A DNA stretch of 64,000 nucleotides from Fibrobacteria bacterium (lineage in GTDB: Bacteria; Fibrobacterota; Fibrobacteria; UBA11236; JADFYW01): NCBI GenBank assembly GCA_050294405.1, contig JBNKOC010000021.1, positions 18,335 to 82,334 on the forward strand. Direction: 5' to 3'. Below are positions 58,849-64,000 of this stretch, piece after piece; positions within the stretch are counted from its first letter, which is position 1; each line of letters begins with the position of its first letter. A program made the position numbers and the translations under genes. The notes under the pieces are model-generated. The model was not told the origin of the DNA and ran no database searches. It worked only from the letters and a program-made list of their open reading frames with translations.

Positions 58849-59514
58849 ATGATACAAGCAGTAATATTTGATATGGACGGGCTTTTGGTGGATTCCGAGC
58901 CCTATTGGCGGGAAGCCGAAAAAAAGGTGTTCGGCAAACTGGGGCTACAACTTAGCGATTCCATGTGCAAGGAAACCATGGGGCTTCGCATTGACGAAGT
59001 GGTTGCCTACTGGTACCAAAAACATCCATGGAACCGCCCCATTAAAAAAGATGTGGAAACAGATATTCTGCTCAATGTTATTGAGCTGGTTATTGAATAC
59101 GGGAAAGCTATGCCTGGGGCCGATTACATTATTAACTTTTTCCAGAAAAAAAATTTGCCACTGGCCCTGGCTTCCTCTTCGGCTTATAGACTTATTCAAA
59201 GCGTAGTAGCTAAACTTAACATCAGGGATAAGTTCCAAGTGATTTATTCGGCGGAGCAAGAACCATATGGTAAACCCCACCCAGGAATTTTTTTAACCGC
59301 CGCCAAAGGGCTTAGAGTGGCGCCGCAAAATTGCCTGGTTCTCGAAGACTCCTTAACAGGAATAATCGCCGCCAAAGCCGCCCGCATGCAGGCTGTTATG
59401 ATCCCCGATAAAGACCACCGGGAAGATCCACGCAACCAGCTGGCTGATGTGGTGTTAAACAATCTGGAAGAATTTACCGAAGAGGTCTGGAAAAAATTTC
59501 AGGGCGGCTTTTAA
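58849..59514 (+). CDS. HAD phosphatase (HxpB/YniC-like)
   Basis: FDMDGLLVDSEP.W, TMGLRIDEVV, KPHP, EDS. Confidence 0.88.
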   Translation: MIQAVIFDMDGLLVDSEPYWREAEKKVFGKLGLQLSDSMCKETMGLRIDEVVAYWYQKHPWNRPIKKDVETDILLNVIELVIEYGKAMPGADYIINFFQKKNLPLALASSSAYRLIQSVVAKLNIRDKFQVIYSAEQEPYGKPHPGIFLTAAKGLRVAPQNCLVLEDSLTGIIAAKAARMQAVMIPDKDHREDPRNQLADVVLNNLEEFTEEVWKKFQGGF

Positions 59515-59603
59515 AATTGGGCCTCGCATTGCTCCTTCAAGCTTGCGTTCCGCTTCGGTTCTTCATCCCGCGCCTCGCGCACAACCACTATTATCAATTT
59601 TAA
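59511..59603. repeat. degenerate ERIC-like palindromic element
   Basis: Terminal IR TTAAAATTG / CAATTTTAA enclosing GCATTG...CGCCTCG. Confidence 0.45.
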
Positions 59604-59613
59604 GAGTTAGCCT

Positions 59614-60537
59614 TCAGTGATTGTGCACTAATTCTTTAGCATGCTTGCTGTCGAATTCAGGCTGCAAAGTAACATGGGAAATAGAAAACTCATCCTTTAA
59701 TATTTTTTCCAATTCAGCCATTACGCCCTGGGCTTCTGACAAACATATATCTTTTGCAAAATCCACATGGGCTTCCAGGCAAACCTGAGAATCGCTTAGA
59801 GACCAAACATGTAAATGATGCAGCCCATTTACCATAGGGTGTTTATACACTTCCTCGGCGATATGTTTTAAATCTAAATGTTCAGGCGTAAATTGCATCA
59901 AAACCTTTAAGGAATCCCACAAAACTCCCCAGGCTGCATAAATCAAATACAGGGCTATTCCAAAGGTTAAAAGGCTATCCACCCATAAATAACCGTAAAC
60001 ATAAATTAAAAGTCCGCCCAAAAGCACAGCCACAGAACTTAAAAAATCAGAAAACAAATGGAGGTAAGCAGCCTTTAAGTTTAAATTTTCTTTGCTGCCG
60101 CTGTGCAGCATATAAGCCGATACTCCGTTCACCACAATTCCCAAGGCTGCCAAAACAACCACCCAAAGGCCGGAAACAGGCTCGGGATTAAAAAAACGAG
60201 TAAATGCCGCCTTCATTAGAAAAACGGAAAGCACCACCAGAGTGGCCGAATTCACAAAGGCCGCCATTATTTCGGCCCGCTTATATCCGAAAGTTTTTTT
60301 TTCGCTAAACTTTCCGGTTTTTAATTTATGAGCAACATAGCTGATAACAAGGGCAATAACATCGCTAAAATTATGCAGGGCATCGGACAATAGAGCCAGA
60401 CTTCCTGAAAGGATTCCGCCAATAACCTGCGCCAAAGTCACGCTAATATTTAAAGCTATGGAAATCCCCAAGGGCTTTTGGTGATCGCCTCCATGGTTAT
60501 GTCCATGATGATGATGATGGTGGTGTGAAGAACCCAT
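59614..60537 (-). CDS. cation diffusion facilitator (CzcD/ZitB-like)
   Basis: His-rich N-terminus, SLALLSDALHNFSD, TFGYKRAE, AAYLHLFSD, HHLHVW, HVTLQPE. Confidence 0.93.
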   Translation of the reverse strand: MGSSHHHHHHHGHNHGGDHQKPLGISIALNISVTLAQVIGGILSGSLALLSDALHNFSDVIALVISYVAHKLKTGKFSEKKTFGYKRAEIMAAFVNSATLVVLSVFLMKAAFTRFFNPEPVSGLWVVVLAALGIVVNGVSAYMLHSGSKENLNLKAAYLHLFSDFLSSVAVLLGGLLIYVYGYLWVDSLLTFGIALYLIYAAWGVLWDSLKVLMQFTPEHLDLKHIAEEVYKHPMVNGLHHLHVWSLSDSQVCLEAHVDFAKDICLSEAQGVMAELEKILKDEFSISHVTLQPEFDSKHAKELVHNH

Positions 60538-60608
60538 AATTTTAAATACTTTAATTAATAAATAATATTAAGTTTATAGTATTCAAATTTAAAATTGGGA
60601 AATTTGCC

Positions 60609-61256
60609 GTGAGCACAGAAAAAAAAGAAGAAGTGATTTTCGATTGTTTTCCGGTGGGTTATCTCCAATGCAATTGCTCCATAATCGGCGATCCTTTGAG
60701 CAAACAGGGAATTGTTGTGGACCCAGGCGGAGATCCTGAAATTATTAAAGAAAAGGTAGAAGCCTTTGGCCTTAAAATCAGCCATATTATTCACACCCAC
60801 GCCCATTACGACCATATTATTGCTGCTGGTCAGGTAAAAGATTTTACCGGAGCCGAAATCGGTCTTCACAAAGAAGATGAATTTTTATGGGATATGCTGG
60901 AAACCCAATGCCAGATGTTTGGCTTTCCCTATAACCCTATTCCCAAGCCTGATTTTTATTTAAAAGACGAACAACATTTAAGCTGTTGCGGCGGGGTCGC
61001 TCTCCACACTCCTGGCCATACGCCGGGCTCCACCAGTTTTTGGTTCGAAAAAGCTAAAATCCTATTGGCGGGCGACACTTTGTTTCAACGTTCCATTGGA
61101 AGGACAGATTTATGGGGCGGAAATTTTGAAAGCATACAATCCAGCATTCAGAATAAGTTATATACATTATCCGATGATGCCTTGGTGGTGACAGGGCATG
61201 GGCCAAATACCTCTCTGGCCGAAGAAAGGGAAATGAACCCCTTTGTAAAGGGGTAA
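60609..61256 (+). CDS. MBL-fold metallo-hydrolase (glyoxalase II-like)
   Basis: HTHAHYDH, HTPGHTPG, GDTLF..SIGRTD, GHG. Confidence 0.92.
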   Translation: MSTEKKEEVIFDCFPVGYLQCNCSIIGDPLSKQGIVVDPGGDPEIIKEKVEAFGLKISHIIHTHAHYDHIIAAGQVKDFTGAEIGLHKEDEFLWDMLETQCQMFGFPYNPIPKPDFYLKDEQHLSCCGGVALHTPGHTPGSTSFWFEKAKILLAGDTLFQRSIGRTDLWGGNFESIQSSIQNKLYTLSDDALVVTGHGPNTSLAEEREMNPFVKG

Positions 61257-61338
61257 TCATTTTCGGCCAACCTCAATAAATATTTAGAACTAAAAATTGC
61301 CGCACAGCGTTGCCTCCGGCTTTATTTTTAGTCTGCAA

Positions 61339-62151
61339 TTAATCAAATTGGCCGGAGTTTTTGATGTTTTCTTTTAAATTATTTTCTAACTCTCCGCAAA
61401 CACTGTCATCTAAGAGCAAATCTCCGTTATTGTCGAAGCCCGGATCCTCATTTTCAATGCAACTGGATATATCTATGTTTGAAAACCAATTGGCTGCCAA
61501 AAATTGCAGTAAAAAGTTATGAGGCTCAGTTTCTCCAACAGATATAGTTCCCTCAGATTCGAAACGGGCATCTTCATTAAACTTTATCAAGATTGTTAAA
61601 TTTCTATTTTCCGTCCCGTCATAGCCAAACTTTCCCTTGACTAACATGGTGTTATTTTCCAAAATATGGCCTTTGGCCAATATTCCATCGTCTTCCTTAA
61701 CATCATCCAATCGTATATCCAATCGCTTGTATTCGCCTTCTGGAATATAAAACTCCGGAACTTCAGGATTTGATGTTTTGGCTAACAAGTCAAACACAAA
61801 GGGGCCGTCTATTTTAATGCTGGTTTGAGTGCAAAAATTGTTGTTTTCATTACATTCCACTCCCGCAGGCAAATCAAATTCTATATGCCGCACGTTTACC
61901 ATTATTTCGGTAATTTCAATTTTAAGGCCAGAATTATCTTCAATTAAAAAGCCCGCTTTGGATTTTGCCAAAGCCCTTTTTGCGGCTACCCCATCAGTAC
62001 TGGCCACCATAGCAAATTGCCCTTTTACTTCTCCAGGATTTCCCACACCAGTTGCTGCCGTTTTATCAAAAAGGCAAGCCGATAACAATAATCCGAAAGT
62101 TAAAAACAACAGGTAGATAACATTCCATTTTAAAAAACTGCGGATATACAT
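61339..62151 (-). CDS. hypothetical lipoprotein (DUF4382-like)
   Basis: LSAC lipobox, GVGNP, NVRHIEFDLP, GPFVFDL, GEYKRLDIRLDD. Confidence 0.65.
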   Translation of the reverse strand: MYIRSFLKWNVIYLLFLTFGLLLSACLFDKTAATGVGNPGEVKGQFAMVASTDGVAAKRALAKSKAGFLIEDNSGLKIEITEIMVNVRHIEFDLPAGVECNENNNFCTQTSIKIDGPFVFDLLAKTSNPEVPEFYIPEGEYKRLDIRLDDVKEDDGILAKGHILENNTMLVKGKFGYDGTENRNLTILIKFNEDARFESEGTISVGETEPHNFLLQFLAANWFSNIDISSCIENEDPGFDNNGDLLLDDSVCGELENNLKENIKNSGQFD

Positions 62152-62152
62152 T

Positions 62153-62995
62153 TTATTTTTTCTCCCCTGAAAATTTGGTAAGCGGAAACAATTGTAAATT
62201 CATTTGATAAACATGTTCACTTTCGCCTTGAAGAACAGAAAATTCGAGCAACTCCTCCCAAAATCGGGTTAACTTTTTTTTCAATTCTGGGTATAATGCC
62301 GGAGAAACCTTTAAAGTGACTCCGCGTATATCCCTTTCTTGCGGTTTAATTTGGTCTAGAGAATCCAGCCCCAATTGAATAAATTGCTGGTGGTATTTGG
62401 CGCTAATTAAATATTCCACTTCCGGCTTCGTTTTAATTATTTCCTGGGTATGTTCCCATTTTTTTCGTTCTTGATTCCATTTTATCAGATTCAATTTTTT
62501 TAACAAATTCATGGATGCTTCAATTTGACTTAGGGATATTCTTGGAAAAATTCGCTGAGCTATCCAGCTTGAATTATTGTCAAATTGACTGTGCACCACT
62601 AATTCATAGATGACTGAGTTATACCAATGCTCAAAATATTTGTAATAGCTTTTATCAATGGGGTTATATGCCGCAAACCCGGGAAATTTCACAATTTTTT
62701 TATAGAACCTGTCTTTTTCCAGATGAGATTTTGAACTCTCAAAAAAAATCAACAATTCAAAATAATCTGTTTCCAATTCACTTAATTCCATAGCTTTAGC
62801 CAGGGGAAGAAGAGTAGATGAGGTTAAATGCCTTTTTCCCTGAATTATCCATTGGATTGCATTTGGGCTTGTAAGTTCTGCATGTTGGGAAAGTTTGCGA
62901 AAAGAAAATGTAGAGTCATTGTCTTTTTGAAAATCGCACCAATCTGAAAGGTAGCTTCTATACTTTAAGTAGCTATATATATTTGGTTTTTCCAT
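62153..62995 (-). CDS. TIGR02147 family protein
   Basis: PNIYSYLKYRSYL, FSFR, YFEHWYNSVI.EL, VYQMNLQLFPL; start re-assigned to ATG 62995. Confidence 0.88.
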   Translation of the reverse strand: MEKPNIYSYLKYRSYLSDWCDFQKDNDSTFSFRKLSQHAELTSPNAIQWIIQGKRHLTSSTLLPLAKAMELSELETDYFELLIFFESSKSHLEKDRFYKKIVKFPGFAAYNPIDKSYYKYFEHWYNSVIYELVVHSQFDNNSSWIAQRIFPRISLSQIEASMNLLKKLNLIKWNQERKKWEHTQEIIKTKPEVEYLISAKYHQQFIQLGLDSLDQIKPQERDIRGVTLKVSPALYPELKKKLTRFWEELLEFSVLQGESEHVYQMNLQLFPLTKFSGEKK

Positions 62996-63010
62996 ACGCC
63001 CTTCCCAAGG

Positions 63011-63034
63011 AAAAAGGCCCAACCCTTTTGGGCC
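63011..63034 (-). terminator. terminator-like hairpin between the lipoprotein and TIGR02147 genes
   Basis: Minus strand reads ggcccaa-aaggg-ttgggcc-ttttt. Confidence 0.5.
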
Positions 63035-63046
63035 AGGCCAATTCAA

Positions 63047-63826
63047 CTATTTGAGATCATAATTGTTTTTCATGTTGTCTTTAATAATGCCTTCGATTTC
63101 TGCGCATTTGCCACTTGCATTGGAATCGTTTATGTGGAGATTCCCTTCAGAATCCAACTCCATATCCCCATCTTGAAGGCATCCGGTTATGTCGGCACCT
63201 TCCAACCATTCATTTACCAGTAAATGCACCGCCATAGTATTTAAGGTACCTTCGGTAACTTCTATGCCTGCTTCAGTTTCAAAACGAATATCTTCATTAA
63301 ATTGAAATTTGATGCTGAACTTTCGATTGTCCACCCCGTCATAACTAAAACTACCTGTCACTACCAAAGAATGTTCCAAAAGACCATGGGATTCTTCTAA
63401 CAACCCATCTTCCATTTCCGCATCATCAAGACGAATGTCCATGCGCTTATATGTACCAACAGGTATTTCTACATCGCTTAGATTGGGTGAAAAGCTACCA
63501 GTCATTAAATCAACCACAAAAGGTCCTGCAACCGATATTTTATCTTCTTCACTTTCCTCATGGGATGAATCAGGCAAATCAAACTCTATATGTCGGATAT
63601 TTGCCTGTGCCGATTCAATATTAAATACTGTGCCCGAAGCATCTACCAAACTCAAAGAGGAAGTGCCATTTGCAGAAACTTTAGCAAGTGTTGCCGTTTC
63701 TGCCAGCTTCATTTCTAATCGGACTTTTGCTTTTTCCAAAGCGGAACCAGAAGTGTTATCAGACATTACACATGCTGAGAAAAACACTGCGGATACTATG
63801 GCGAGGGTTATTGTTTTCATTTTCAT
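63047..63826 (-). CDS. hypothetical lipoprotein (DUF4382-like), paralogue of 61339..62151
   Basis: AAGGAG RBS before ATG 63826; FSAC lipobox; NIRHIEFDLP, GPFVVDL, GTYKRMDIRLDD, FNEDIRFE. Confidence 0.7.
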   Translation of the reverse strand: MKMKTITLAIVSAVFFSACVMSDNTSGSALEKAKVRLEMKLAETATLAKVSANGTSSLSLVDASGTVFNIESAQANIRHIEFDLPDSSHEESEEDKISVAGPFVVDLMTGSFSPNLSDVEIPVGTYKRMDIRLDDAEMEDGLLEESHGLLEHSLVVTGSFSYDGVDNRKFSIKFQFNEDIRFETEAGIEVTEGTLNTMAVHLLVNEWLEGADITGCLQDGDMELDSEGNLHINDSNASGKCAEIEGIIKDNMKNNYDLK

Positions 63827-64000
63827 TTTAGGCTCCTTATTTAACGCGATAATTTTATTATAGCCCAAGAATGAATTATAGTCAACATTTATTTTTAATT
63901 TAGATTTTTAATTTAGTTCATAAAAGTCTTTAAATCCATTTTTAAAAGAAAAAAAAAGAAATATTAATTATTTTTAAATAATTAATTTAATTCATTAACC

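Noticed and set aside
60508..60537. CDF transporter begins MGSSHHHHHHH, like a pET His-tag
   Set aside because: Codons (ATG GGT TCT TCA CAC CAC CAT...) differ from the vector tag, no thrombin site follows, and His-rich N-termini are normal for CDF proteins. Not contamination.
1..64000. CRISPR array, prophage, integrase/transposase, rRNA or defence system
   Set aside because: No regularly spaced repeats and no recognisable Cas, phage, recombinase or rRNA sequence were seen by eye

Overview
Chromosomal window from a moderately AT-rich Gram-negative bacterium. Two TIGR02147-like paralogues and T9SS-type C-terminal sorting domains suggest Fibrobacterota (inference). Housekeeping genes include gatA, truA, rdgB, an HtrA protease, ispD/ispF, argC-B-D-G, rpiA, prmA, a group-2-like sigma-70 and tRNA-Leu(TAA). 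No CRISPR array, rRNA, integrase or transposase was seen. Highlights: (1) a coupled operon for a 1325-aa lipoprotein with five single-heme c domains, each separated by two Ig-like domains, plus an outer-membrane beta-barrel and a Tat-exported Rieske lipoprotein, lying upstream of four co-oriented secreted sugar-oxidation/DUF1080 enzymes (candidate extracellular oxidative glycan-attack and electron-transfer system); (2) three phased CRP-type boxes at -41.5/-70.5/-101.5 of an inferred start site in front of a 51-aa ORF; (3) several ERIC-like palindromic elements, one supplying the argD stop codon; (4) a TonB receptor / YfiR / chemoreceptor triad; (5) a binding-protein-coupled phosphorelay after the tRNA; (6) a 44-aa ORF absent from the ORF track. 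Family calls come from motif recognition by eye, not database searches.
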